Shown piece after piece: positions 17,787-25,248 of a stretch of 47,888 bases of DNA; position 1 is the first letter of the stretch; every line of letters starts with the position of its first letter. Position numbers and translations under genes: made by a program. The notes beneath the pieces were generated by a model that saw nothing but the letters and a program-made list of their open reading frames with translations, made no database searches and was not told the origin of the DNA. The DNA lies in the IMG/VR virus record IMGVR_UViG_3300012232_000005, positions 1-47,888 of that record. One strand, given 5' to 3'. Source of the DNA: a virus. Lineage: Duplodnaviria > Caudoviricetes.

Positions 17787-19748
17787 ATGGCCTACATCGA
17801 CACCGACTACATGCCGCTGCACATGCCCGTACCCGGCACCAAGGAACCGGCGCAGATCGCCCTGCTCAACGAGAACTGCGTGGTGCTGTCCACCCACGAC
17901 CACGCCACTGGCAAGGGCGTGCCGGTGTCGGTGCTGCGCTCCGGGCTGGCGGCCAACCTGCCGTCGCCGGGGAAGGCCGGTCAGGTCTACTTCGCCACGG
18001 ACACGGGGCAGTTCTACGTCGATACGGGCACCTCGTGGTCGAACTTCCTGACCAGCGGCGGGTCGTCCACCATCACGGGCTGGACGCTCATCGACCCCAT
18101 CATCCGAGATACCATCAACTTCGGCCCCGAGGGCGGCGCGGGGATCGACGGCAGCCTGACCAGGATCGCTGCGGACACCTTCCGCTTCTCCGGCAGCCTG
18201 GGCCTGAACGGCTCCCCCCCGGCGGGGATCAACGCCAGCTACGAGATGCTGCTCATCGGCGTGCAGGCCGCCCTGCGCGGCCACGCCACCGCGCAAGAGG
18301 TCGGCCTCCTCACCAACTCCTACCCGGACGCCGCCGGGAAGAACCTGTCCATCGTCGCTGGCTCGGGCACCCTCCTCTCTACCGGCAGCAACGGCCACCT
18401 GTTCTTCTACGCCGCGCCCTCCGCCCCCGCCGGGAGCGAGCAGAACTTCCAGGAGCGGTTCCAGGTCAACGCCGAGACGGACGGCACCAACCTGTCCGTC
18501 ACCGCCCGCACCAAGGACGGCGGGAGCGGCATCCAGTGGTTCGCGGGCATCCCCAAGGTCGGGGCCGTGGAGGCGTCGGTGTCCCCGCGGTGGACGCTGA
18601 CGCAGTCGGGGGACGCCAGCACCGCCCCGCTGATCCTGTACTCCCACGGACTCGACGGCGTGACCTTCCGCGAGCGGTGCCGGTGGAACATGCAGACCGG
18701 GGCCATGAGCCTCCAGGGCGAGAGCGGGCCGGTGCTCGTGATGACCCGCACGGCGCCCACCACCCAGATTTCCCGCATCCACTTCACCGGTGGGGCGCAG
18801 GGATACGACGCCTGCCTCCAGCGCGTCGCCAACGACGACGAGTTGCGGATGGCGTTCAGCAACAACGGCACCACTTGGGTCGATGCCGTCCGGGTCACCT
18901 CTCTGGCCCAAGGCGGGAGGGTGATCCTCGGGGACGACTCCGGGGGCGGCAACCCGGCGCAGCAGCGGTACATCAAGCTGGCGTACAACTCCAGCAGCGG
19001 CGCCAGCGGGGCGACGCTGTGCATGGAGATGGCCGCCCCCAACCCGAACACGATGGGCTACGACTTCCACGTGGCGAACGTGGCCAAGTGGGGCGGTCTG
19101 TACTTCCTCGGTGGGGCGCAGACCCTCCGGCTCGGGCAGGACATCGGGTGGGGGGCGCCCCCCGCCGTGCAGATCATGGCCGGGGGCAGCGGCATCCTGT
19201 TGCAGACCGGCGGCAACGTCACGATGAACGCCGGCGGACAGTACTTCATCGTCGCCCCGGACGGGGGGATCAACCTCGGCCACCCTACCGGGAAGTGGGG
19301 CACCGTGTTCGCCGTCGCCGGGGCCATCAACACCAGCCACGTCTCGGCCAAGGAGGAGTTCTCTCGCCTCGACAACGCCGCCTGCGCGGACGCGGTGCTG
19401 ACCACCGACTGGCTCTCCTTCGCCTACAAGAACACCCTGCTGGCGCAGTCGCCGCCGACCCCGACGCCGCCGCTGGATGGGGAGACGGAGGAGATGGCCG
19501 AGACGCGGGAGGCGCAGAACGCCACCAACCTGCGGCTGTACGAGGAGGGGGTGGCCGCGCAGGAGATGGCCCGGCACCAGAAGGGGTACGTCCTGGGCAG
19601 CGACGACTACGCCACCGCCGACCTGTTCGGTCAGAGCGACCGCAAGAGCGCCAACGTCAACAGCGACCTGGCCGTGGTGGCCTGCGCCCTCCAGGATGCG
19701 CTGCGTAGAATCGCCGCATTGGAGGGCACCAGTGCCACAGCTTCCTGA
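17787..19748 (+). CDS. Tail fibre/spike with C-terminal intramolecular chaperone (peptidase S74-like)
   Basis: N-terminal GQVYFATDTGQFYVDTGTSW. The segment INTSHVSAKEEF matches the autocleavage S-x-x-x-x-K motif. C-terminal coil ALQDALRRIAALEG. Confidence 0.8.
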   Translation: MAYIDTDYMPLHMPVPGTKEPAQIALLNENCVVLSTHDHATGKGVPVSVLRSGLAANLPSPGKAGQVYFATDTGQFYVDTGTSWSNFLTSGGSSTITGWTLIDPIIRDTINFGPEGGAGIDGSLTRIAADTFRFSGSLGLNGSPPAGINASYEMLLIGVQAALRGHATAQEVGLLTNSYPDAAGKNLSIVAGSGTLLSTGSNGHLFFYAAPSAPAGSEQNFQERFQVNAETDGTNLSVTARTKDGGSGIQWFAGIPKVGAVEASVSPRWTLTQSGDASTAPLILYSHGLDGVTFRERCRWNMQTGAMSLQGESGPVLVMTRTAPTTQISRIHFTGGAQGYDACLQRVANDDELRMAFSNNGTTWVDAVRVTSLAQGGRVILGDDSGGGNPAQQRYIKLAYNSSSGASGATLCMEMAAPNPNTMGYDFHVANVAKWGGLYFLGGAQTLRLGQDIGWGAPPAVQIMAGGSGILLQTGGNVTMNAGGQYFIVAPDGGINLGHPTGKWGTVFAVAGAINTSHVSAKEEFSRLDNAACADAVLTTDWLSFAYKNTLLAQSPPTPTPPLDGETEEMAETREAQNATNLRLYEEGVAAQEMARHQKGYVLGSDDYATADLFGQSDRKSANVNSDLAVVACALQDALRRIAALEGTSATAS

Positions 19749-20028
19749 GTCGATCCTGCCCGAGCTGCGCGCCAAGTGGGTGCGCCTGTCGGGGGCGCAA
19801 GAGGTCACGTCCCACGCCGTGAGGGCGACAAGGCAGATGGAGGAGGACTACCAGTCCTCCCTGTCGATGGCCCTGCGGATGCTGGGCCTGAACCCGGAGC
19901 AGAACTGGAAGGTGAACCTGGAGACGGGTGAGTTGGGCGAGGTCACGCAGGAGGACGTGCTGCGACAGCGCGGCCAGACCAACGGCATCTCGGTGCCCCA
20001 CGACCCCTCCCTGCGCGTAGAGAACTAG
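19732..20028 (+). CDS. Hypothetical protein (98 aa, MPQLPESILPEL...)
   Basis: GTG at 19732 preceded by ggagg; it is the 3' part of track ORF 19477..20028. Confidence 0.65.
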   Translation: MPQLPESILPELRAKWVRLSGAQEVTSHAVRATRQMEEDYQSSLSMALRMLGLNPEQNWKVNLETGELGEVTQEDVLRQRGQTNGISVPHDPSLRVEN

Positions 20029-20031
20029 CCC

Positions 20032-20316
20032 GTGCCCGCGCCGGAGCCGATGATGGTGGCTCCGGCGCTGCCGGTGAACGCCTTGGTCGCACTCATCAGC
20101 CTCCTCCTGGACGGCCCCACCCTGATCCTGGTGTTGATCCTGGTCGTCAGCGGCCGCCGCTCGCACGCCCGCACGGTGGAGGCCCTGGTGGCAGACAACA
20201 AGCGGCTGGAGGAGGCCATCCGGGTGATGCAGACCGAGCAGCAGGCCCACATGGAGCGGTTCATCGCCGTGGCCTCGCGGGTGACCGGGGAGGTGCCCCA
20301 TGATGGTTCACCGTGA
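20032..20316 (+). CDS. Holin-like membrane protein (hydrophobic N-terminus + coiled coil)
   Basis: Hydrophobic ALVALISLLLDGPTLILVLILVV followed by LVADNKRLEEAIRVM; directly upstream of the endolysin. Confidence 0.55.
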   Translation: MPAPEPMMVAPALPVNALVALISLLLDGPTLILVLILVVSGRRSHARTVEALVADNKRLEEAIRVMQTEQQAHMERFIAVASRVTGEVPHDGSP

Positions 20317-21223
20317 CGACGCGCCGCACCACGCCCCGCCCCCGCCCGGTGAGGAGCAGCCCCTCCGTTCCCGGAAGCGGAGCCAGGGCGGTGGGGGTGG
20401 CGGCTTCGTCAACATCAACGACCGCCTGTTCGCCCCCTTGCAGGGCCTGAACCCCGACAATGTTCTTCAAGGCGGTTACGGATGGCTCTCACCTACTGAC
20501 GGAGGCGCTACGCTCCATCCCGGACTCGATCTCAATTCCGGTGGTTCTTGCAACGCTGACGAAGGGCTTAGCGTGGTTGCCCCGCTTGCGGGCGTCGTCA
20601 GAGCCACCCTCTTCTGGAACGGCTACAGCTCCGGCGAGGGCAACCACGTCTGGGTCGAGCTGGACGACCCATGCCTCCCCGGCCCTACCTGGTGGCACAC
20701 CGACCACCTCCTACAGATCGCTGTCGCTAACGGTCAGCGTCTCGGGCCTGGGGAGTCTATCGGTCTGTGTGGGCGTACGGGTGGCTGGGACTGCGCCCAC
20801 GCTCACAGCGAGCTACTGACCGGGCCGCCCGCCAACGGCTGGTATCAGTGGCCGAAGTGGTGGACGCAGGCCCAGGTGGAGGCGGCGTACTGGAACCCGT
20901 GGACGTGGTGGGAGGCGGCGAAGGCCCTGGTGCTCGCCGAAGGCCACGAGCCGGTGCCCCCGGAGGCGGTCAAGGCCATGAACGACTGGGAGCTGACCAA
21001 CTACGTCCTGTCCACGCTCTACGAGTGGGCGGGCATCGAGTTCAATCCGGACGGCGGGATGGCCAAGACCTGGGTGGCGGCCATGCGGGCCGGGCACTAC
21101 CCCGGTCGGCCCCGCACCGACGACCGGGTGTACGGGCTGGGCGAAGGAGACGGCTGGTGGGCCGAGTTCGACCACGGCGTGCTCATCTACAAGCGGGACG
21201 GCACCATGAGCTGGACGGGCTAA
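20300..21223 (+). CDS. Endolysin, M23-family metallopeptidase (start uncertain)
   Basis: HPGLDLN (HxxxD), VVAPLAGVV, GNHVWV, IGLCGRTG, AHAHSE (HxH). The C-terminal WWAEFDHGVLIY may be a cell-wall-binding region. Confidence 0.85.
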   Translation: MMVHRDDAPHHAPPPPGEEQPLRSRKRSQGGGGGGFVNINDRLFAPLQGLNPDNVLQGGYGWLSPTDGGATLHPGLDLNSGGSCNADEGLSVVAPLAGVVRATLFWNGYSSGEGNHVWVELDDPCLPGPTWWHTDHLLQIAVANGQRLGPGESIGLCGRTGGWDCAHAHSELLTGPPANGWYQWPKWWTQAQVEAAYWNPWTWWEAAKALVLAEGHEPVPPEAVKAMNDWELTNYVLSTLYEWAGIEFNPDGGMAKTWVAAMRAGHYPGRPRTDDRVYGLGEGDGWWAEFDHGVLIYKRDGTMSWTG

Positions 21224-21227
21224 GGCG

Positions 21228-21368
21228 ATGACGGTTCACCTGCTGTGCTTGGTCATCGCCCTGGTCTGCTTCGTGGCCGCGACCCTCTACGTGCCGCCCG
21301 CGCCGCCCCGGTTCAACCTGCTCGGGGCGGGCCTGACCTTCCTCACCCTGGCGATGATCTTTCCTTAG
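21228..21368 (+). CDS. 46-aa two-TM membrane protein (holin candidate), not in the ORF track
   Basis: MTVHLLCLVIALVCFVAATLYVPPAPPRFNLLGAGLTFLTLAMIFP*, read directly after the endolysin stop. Confidence 0.7.
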   Translation: MTVHLLCLVIALVCFVAATLYVPPAPPRFNLLGAGLTFLTLAMIFP

Positions 21369-21873
21369 CCCGGTAGACGCGGGAGTTGCGCGCCCGGCAG
21401 GCGCGGCAGTAGTGCCGACCCCGTTGCTCGTACACATTGGACGGCGACAGGACGTGGCCGAACGCGCACCGGGGATAGCGGTTGGCCTCCGCCGGGGTGA
21501 GGCGGTCTTTTGGGACGGGGCCGATGGCCATCGTGTCCATGTGATCCGGGTTGCAGCAGCGGTGCAGGTTGCAGCCAGGCGCCAGGTGCTGTCGGGCGTC
21601 CAGCGGCCCGTACTTCAGGTCGTAGAGCAGGCGGCGCACGTTCACGTCGCCGTCCTTCCAGTGCAGGCAGGGCCGCCCGTCGCTGCTCATCGGGCCGACC
21701 CAGATCCAGCAGGTGCCCACCGCGTCCACGGTCTTGGGCGGCACCGCGGGCACGAGGTGGATGCGGACGTATTCCACCGCCGCCCGCTCCATCCAGATCC
21801 GCTGGTGATCCTCGAAGGACAGGCCGAGCATCGGCCCGAAGTTGGTGATCTTGGTGGCATTGGTCACGCTCAC
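21343..21873 (-). CDS. HNH/His-Me finger endonuclease-like protein, possibly catalytically degenerate
   Basis: CWIWVG...RRLLY...GCNLHRCCNPDHM and a C-terminal CAFGH...YCRAC zinc finger. Confidence 0.75.
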   Translation of the reverse strand: MSVTNATKITNFGPMLGLSFEDHQRIWMERAAVEYVRIHLVPAVPPKTVDAVGTCWIWVGPMSSDGRPCLHWKDGDVNVRRLLYDLKYGPLDARQHLAPGCNLHRCCNPDHMDTMAIGPVPKDRLTPAEANRYPRCAFGHVLSPSNVYEQRGRHYCRACRARNSRVYRAKERSSPG

Positions 21874-22361
21874 TTAGGTGGGCGCCCCTTCCTCACGTAC
21901 TCTCGGATGCGCTGCACGCAGGGCATCAGCATCCCCGGCCCGTCCGCCAGGATGGCGGCGATGTCCTTGGCGTCCGAGGGCCACCAGACGTAGACCTCGG
22001 CCGGGGTGTCGAACAGGGCCTCCAGCCACTCCTTCTGCCCCTGAATCCAGTGGGGTGCGGCGCCGGAGGAGAGGCGGCCCTCGGTGGGCCACTTCCCCTC
22101 CCGCTTCAGCTCCGCGAAGATCAGCCGCCCGTCCTGCCGCGGCGGCGCCCCGACCAGGCACAGGTCTGGGAACCCCGCGTCCGACTTGATGCTGAACTTG
22201 GTGTGGTAGGCCAACCACCCGCACAGCTTGGCCGTGTTGCGGACGTAGGTGAGGAGCGTGGACTCGCTCCACGAGTTGAACACGGCCATCTGCGCCTCGG
22301 AGGGCTGGAAGGGCAGCTCGAGCTGGTGTTGGGTGGTGGCTGGGGCGGCTGGATGGGTCAT
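21870..22361 (-). CDS. VRR-NUC / PD-(D/E)XK nuclease (resolvase-like)
   Basis: SDAGFPDLCLV...LIFAELKREG...QKEWLEAL...VYVWWPSD. Confidence 0.85.
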   Translation of the reverse strand: MTHPAAPATTQHQLELPFQPSEAQMAVFNSWSESTLLTYVRNTAKLCGWLAYHTKFSIKSDAGFPDLCLVGAPPRQDGRLIFAELKREGKWPTEGRLSSGAAPHWIQGQKEWLEALFDTPAEVYVWWPSDAKDIAAILADGPGMLMPCVQRIREYVRKGRPPK

Positions 22362-22374
22362 GCGGACAGGATAG

Positions 22375-22641
22375 CTACGCCTCCGCGGTTTCCGCCTCCA
22401 TCTCCGCCCCCTCGTCGGCCCCCTCGGCCTCCTCGGGCAGCTCCACGCTGAGCGTGCCGTTCATCACCGGCGGGTCGGTCATGGCCTCCGCCTCCACCTG
22501 GAGGATGGCCTGGTGGATCAGGTAGGCCGACTCCTGCTCAATCGACCGGTAGCTGCCCTCGCCGATCTGCCTCAGGATCTCGTACTCCTGGGCCGGAATC
22601 TCCACCGTCACCAGCCTGAATCCGCGTCTCGCCTTCGCCAC
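22375..22641 (-). CDS. Arc-like ribbon-helix-helix DNA-binding protein
   Basis: LVTVEIPAQEYEILRQIGEGSYRSIEQESAYLIHQAI fits the RHH strand-helix-helix pattern. Confidence 0.65.
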   Translation of the reverse strand: MAKARRGFRLVTVEIPAQEYEILRQIGEGSYRSIEQESAYLIHQAILQVEAEAMTDPPVMNGTLSVELPEEAEGADEGAEMEAETAEA

Positions 22642-22897
22642 TGAACATCTCCGTCTGCTTGTATTCGATCACTTCGACCCAGGGGCAGGCCGGGTGGTGC
22701 ATCACCCGGTTGTCTCCGACGTAACTCTCCCGCCCATCGAGGACGGCCATGTACAACTGGTGTCCGCACCAGTAGCAGTCCCAGTTGACGGTCGGGCACC
22801 GCTTCTTGATCAGCCCCCTGACGAGGCGGAGGAGCCGCCCCGACGCCAGGCGCGTGAGGTGCCTGACCTCCGCGCCTTCTCGTCCATCGCCCGCCAC
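22538..22897 (-). CDS. Possible Zn-binding hypothetical protein (start uncertain)
   Basis: Contains CYWCGH...HHPACPW. GTG 22897 follows the stop of 22899..23318. It overlaps both neighbours. Confidence 0.35.
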   Translation of the reverse strand: MAGDGREGAEVRHLTRLASGRLLRLVRGLIKKRCPTVNWDCYWCGHQLYMAVLDGRESYVGDNRVMHHPACPWVEVIEYKQTEMFSGEGETRIQAGDGGDSGPGVRDPEADRRGQLPVD

Positions 22898-23094
22898 GTC
22901 ATCCACCTCGGGACGTTGGGGTGGAGGCGCTCGATCTCGTAGACCTCCCCTGTGAACGGATCGAGTACCGCGAGACACCCGTAGGTCGGTGCCCACCAGA
23001 CTTTGAGGCTGGTGCGGTAGTTGCGCTGCTGGATGGCGAGGTAGCCGTCGATGGCTCCCGGTGGTAGGGCTGGCTGAATCTCTGGATCGTCCAC
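22810..23094 (-). CDS. Hypothetical protein (94 aa)
   Basis: GTG preceded by aaggagaaagg; protein-like sequence KVWWAPTYGCLAVLDPFTGEVYEI; overlaps neighbours. Confidence 0.5.
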   Translation of the reverse strand: MDDPEIQPALPPGAIDGYLAIQQRNYRTSLKVWWAPTYGCLAVLDPFTGEVYEIERLHPNVPRWMTWRAMDEKARRSGTSRAWRRGGSSASSGG

Positions 23095-23318
23095 CCTTTC
23101 TCCTTGGCGTAGGGCGTGATGTGCTTCACCGGCTTGCCCATCATCCACGCCATCAGGGGCGGGGCGCTGTAGATCCTGCCCGAGATGACCAGCACCGCGG
23201 TGGCGAACTCGCCGTAGTCCGGGTGCTCGCCGGTCAGGCTCCACTGCTCCTCCCCGTCAGGCACCGGGATCGGGGGTCGGGGCTTGTCCGGGATCGTGTT
23301 CGGGATTCCGCGTGGCAT
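22899..23318 (-). CDS. Hypothetical protein
   Basis: SD gagga before ATG. The N-terminal ~83 aa look protein-like (AVLVISGRIYSAPPLMAWMMGK...KEKGW). Confidence 0.6.
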   Translation of the reverse strand: MPRGIPNTIPDKPRPPIPVPDGEEQWSLTGEHPDYGEFATAVLVISGRIYSAPPLMAWMMGKPVKHITPYAKEKGWTIQRFSQPYHREPSTATSPSSSATTAPASKSGGHRPTGVSRYSIRSQGRSTRSSASTPTSRGG

Positions 23319-23478
23319 CGGCGTTGTCCTCTCGTCTGAGGTTGCCCTCGTGGATGGCGATGGTGATCTCGTCGAGGATGCTCTTCGCGTCCAGCCAGTC
23401 CCCCGGCTTCAGGCCCTCCCTGACCAGGGCGTAGGTGACGCAGTGGGCGATCAGCCGCAGCTCCTCCAGCGAGAACAT
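23257..23478 (-). CDS. Hypothetical protein (73 aa, MFSLEELRLIAH...)
   Basis: ATG inside track ORF 23257..23661; codon usage fits the genome. Confidence 0.5.
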   Translation of the reverse strand: MFSLEELRLIAHCVTYALVREGLKPGDWLDAKSILDEITIAIHEGNLRREDNADATRNPEHDPGQAPTPDPGA

Positions 23479-23498
23479 CAACGTGGCATGGCCTTTCC

Positions 23499-23657
23499 TC
23501 ACAGCGGGGTGATCGTCGCCCCGTTCGCCTCCAGCGTGGTGCGGTACTCCGCCCACTGCTTGCCCACGGCGAGCAGGTAGTCGGAGGCGATGACCCGGTT
23601 CTCGGTCACGATCACGTAGAAGGTCTGGTTGGCGGTCACGATCTTCAGGCACGTCAT
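23499..23657 (-). CDS. Hypothetical protein (52 aa), not in the ORF track
   Basis: MTCLKIVTANQTFYVIVTENRVIASDYLLAVGKQWAEYRTTLEANGATITPL*; ATGA overlap with the upstream gene. Confidence 0.65.
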   Translation of the reverse strand: MTCLKIVTANQTFYVIVTENRVIASDYLLAVGKQWAEYRTTLEANGATITPL

Positions 23658-24043
23658 TCATCAGGCTCCTTCATCTCTGGTTGACCCTCTAATTCGACGA
23701 CTCCTTTCGGCAGCACCCCCCGGAAGAGGGCCGCCTCGAGCCACGCTCGAGCGGACGCCTTGGTGTGGAAGCCCCTGGCCACGGGCTGCTTCAGATCCAC
23801 GCGCACGATCTGGAACAGGTTGCCGGGGCCGGGGACGATCTGGACGTAGACGGGATCGGTCGTCTCCTCGCGTGAGGTCAAGGGCAGCGTTCTCCCTGCG
23901 GTCGGCCGTGGTAGCCACTCCATCGCCTTGTTGGCCTGACTGTTGAGCCAGCGGTGCCGTCGGCCGTCCTCGTTCTCGGATCGGTTCCACGGGGCGATGC
24001 CCTGACAGGGGTTCCCGTCGAAGCCCCGCAGATCCTCATCCAC
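23654..24043 (-). CDS. Hypothetical protein (about 129 aa)
   Basis: GTG start abutting the upstream stop; 3' part of track ORF 23654..24325. Confidence 0.5.
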   Translation of the reverse strand: MDEDLRGFDGNPCQGIAPWNRSENEDGRRHRWLNSQANKAMEWLPRPTAGRTLPLTSREETTDPVYVQIVPGPGNLFQIVRVDLKQPVARGFHTKASARAWLEAALFRGVLPKGVVELEGQPEMKEPDE

Positions 24044-24369
24044 TAGGAGCCAGCGGCGGGGTGCATGGCCGAGTCGTCGATGATGGCGACCTTGGCGTTG
24101 GGGTGCTGCATCCCCTTCATCCGGGCCATGCCGATCAGGATCTCCTCCGTGGTCTGGGCCAGGTAGATGGCGTGGAAGAGCTGGTCGAGGGTGCCGTCCA
24201 CGCTGAGCGTCTTGTACCCCGGCACGGTCAGCACCACGGCGCAGTAGGGCAGCGCCTCCTGCCCGTCCACCAGCGGCGGGGACGTGCGCTGGATGGCGGT
24301 GGCGATGAGGTCGTGCCTGACCCACGTCCCGCGGAGGTTCACGAACGGCCCCTTCACGTCAATCTGCAT
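24043..24369 (-). CDS. Hypothetical protein (108 aa, MQIDVKGPF...)
   Basis: ATG preceded by ggagg; tiles with neighbouring genes. Confidence 0.65.
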   Translation of the reverse strand: MQIDVKGPFVNLRGTWVRHDLIATAIQRTSPPLVDGQEALPYCAVVLTVPGYKTLSVDGTLDQLFHAIYLAQTTEEILIGMARMKGMQHPNAKVAIIDDSAMHPAAGS

Positions 24370-24691
24370 CTCGCTCGCCCTCCACTTCCCAGGCGGTGAT
24401 GACCGTGATCGCCCCGTCGTTGGCGACGGCCTCCACGGTGAACGTGTGCCCCTTGTCGCAGCGCAGGAACAGCCCCACCACCCCGTCGTTGGCCAACCTC
24501 GCGCCACCCGCTGGCTCCACCCGGATGTCGGCGTGGTTGACCCACGTCCGGGCCTCCCTGGTGCCCACCACCGCCCCGGAGAAGTCCACCCTGGTGCTGC
24601 GGCAGTAGGGACAGGTCAACTGCCCCCCTGCGCTCTCTATCAGCCCCTTCCGGTAGCCCGTGGACGGCGCCTGCTGCTGACTACTTGGCAC
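24359..24691 (-). CDS. Zn-ribbon protein (CxxC...CxxxH)
   Basis: LTCPYC...FLRCDKGHTFTV. Confidence 0.7.
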   Translation of the reverse strand: MPSSQQQAPSTGYRKGLIESAGGQLTCPYCRSTRVDFSGAVVGTREARTWVNHADIRVEPAGGARLANDGVVGLFLRCDKGHTFTVEAVANDGAITVITAWEVEGERDAD

Positions 24692-24824
24692 GGTGCCGCT
24701 CCTGCTCCTCGAACCGAGCCAGCACCACGGTCAGCTTGGCGATCTCGGTCTTGAGCCGCTCCGTGACCAGGGCGTAGCGGAGCAGCCAGCGATCCATGGC
24801 TCGGAGGTACTTCTTCTTCTTCAT
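24681..24824 (-). CDS. Small basic coiled-coil protein (47 aa)
   Basis: MKKKKYLRAMDRWLLRYALVTERLKTEIAKLTVVLARFEEQERHRAK; ATGA overlap. Confidence 0.55.
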   Translation of the reverse strand: MKKKKYLRAMDRWLLRYALVTERLKTEIAKLTVVLARFEEQERHRAK

Positions 24825-25078
24825 GGCTGATGTGCCCCGGCGTCGGCCTCCCACGTCAGCGTCACCCACATCCGGTCGCGGTAGGGGGCGACCATCAGCG
24901 AGAACTCGTGCTGGTCGGCGCACCGCATGGCGATGAGGTAGCCGATCCGCTGATCCTCCCGCTCTCCGGTGACGGGGATCGGCTCGTCCATCGTGACCGG
25001 TGGCTCGTCGCAGAGCGGGCACTCCACGGCGGACAGGTGCTCGGCGGTTAACTCCACGGTTCGGGTGGGCGGTGGCAT
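24821..25078 (-). CDS. Zn-ribbon protein (CxxC...CxxxH), probable paralog of 24359..24691
   Basis: VECPLC...AMRCADQHEFSL...LTWE. Confidence 0.65.
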   Translation of the reverse strand: MPPPTRTVELTAEHLSAVECPLCDEPPVTMDEPIPVTGEREDQRIGYLIAMRCADQHEFSLMVAPYRDRMWVTLTWEADAGAHQP

Positions 25079-25118
25079 GTCTGGTGTCCTATCCACTTGC
25101 AAATCGCAAGGCTGCTTG

Positions 25119-25248
25119 AAACGAACCGAACGAACGAACAAACCCTAGGGTTTGTTCGTTCGTTCGGTTTCGTTAGGCAGCCAAACTTCGGTAGCCTAAC
25201 GAAAGCGAACAACCGAACGAACAACCGAACACGTCATCTGTTCGTTTC
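25119..25248. other. Probable replication origin: 46-bp perfect palindrome plus GAAC repeats
   Basis: aaccgaacgaacgaacaaaccct|agggtttgttcgttcgttcggtt at 25124-25169, a second inverted repeat cgttaggc/gcctaacg at 25171-25201, and tandem gaacaaccgaac. The region is AT-richer and sits at the 3' end of the primase-helicase gene. Confidence 0.7.

Noticed and set aside
17787-19748. Diversity-generating retroelement targeting the tail spike
   Set aside because: No reverse transcriptase and no template/variable repeat pair seen.
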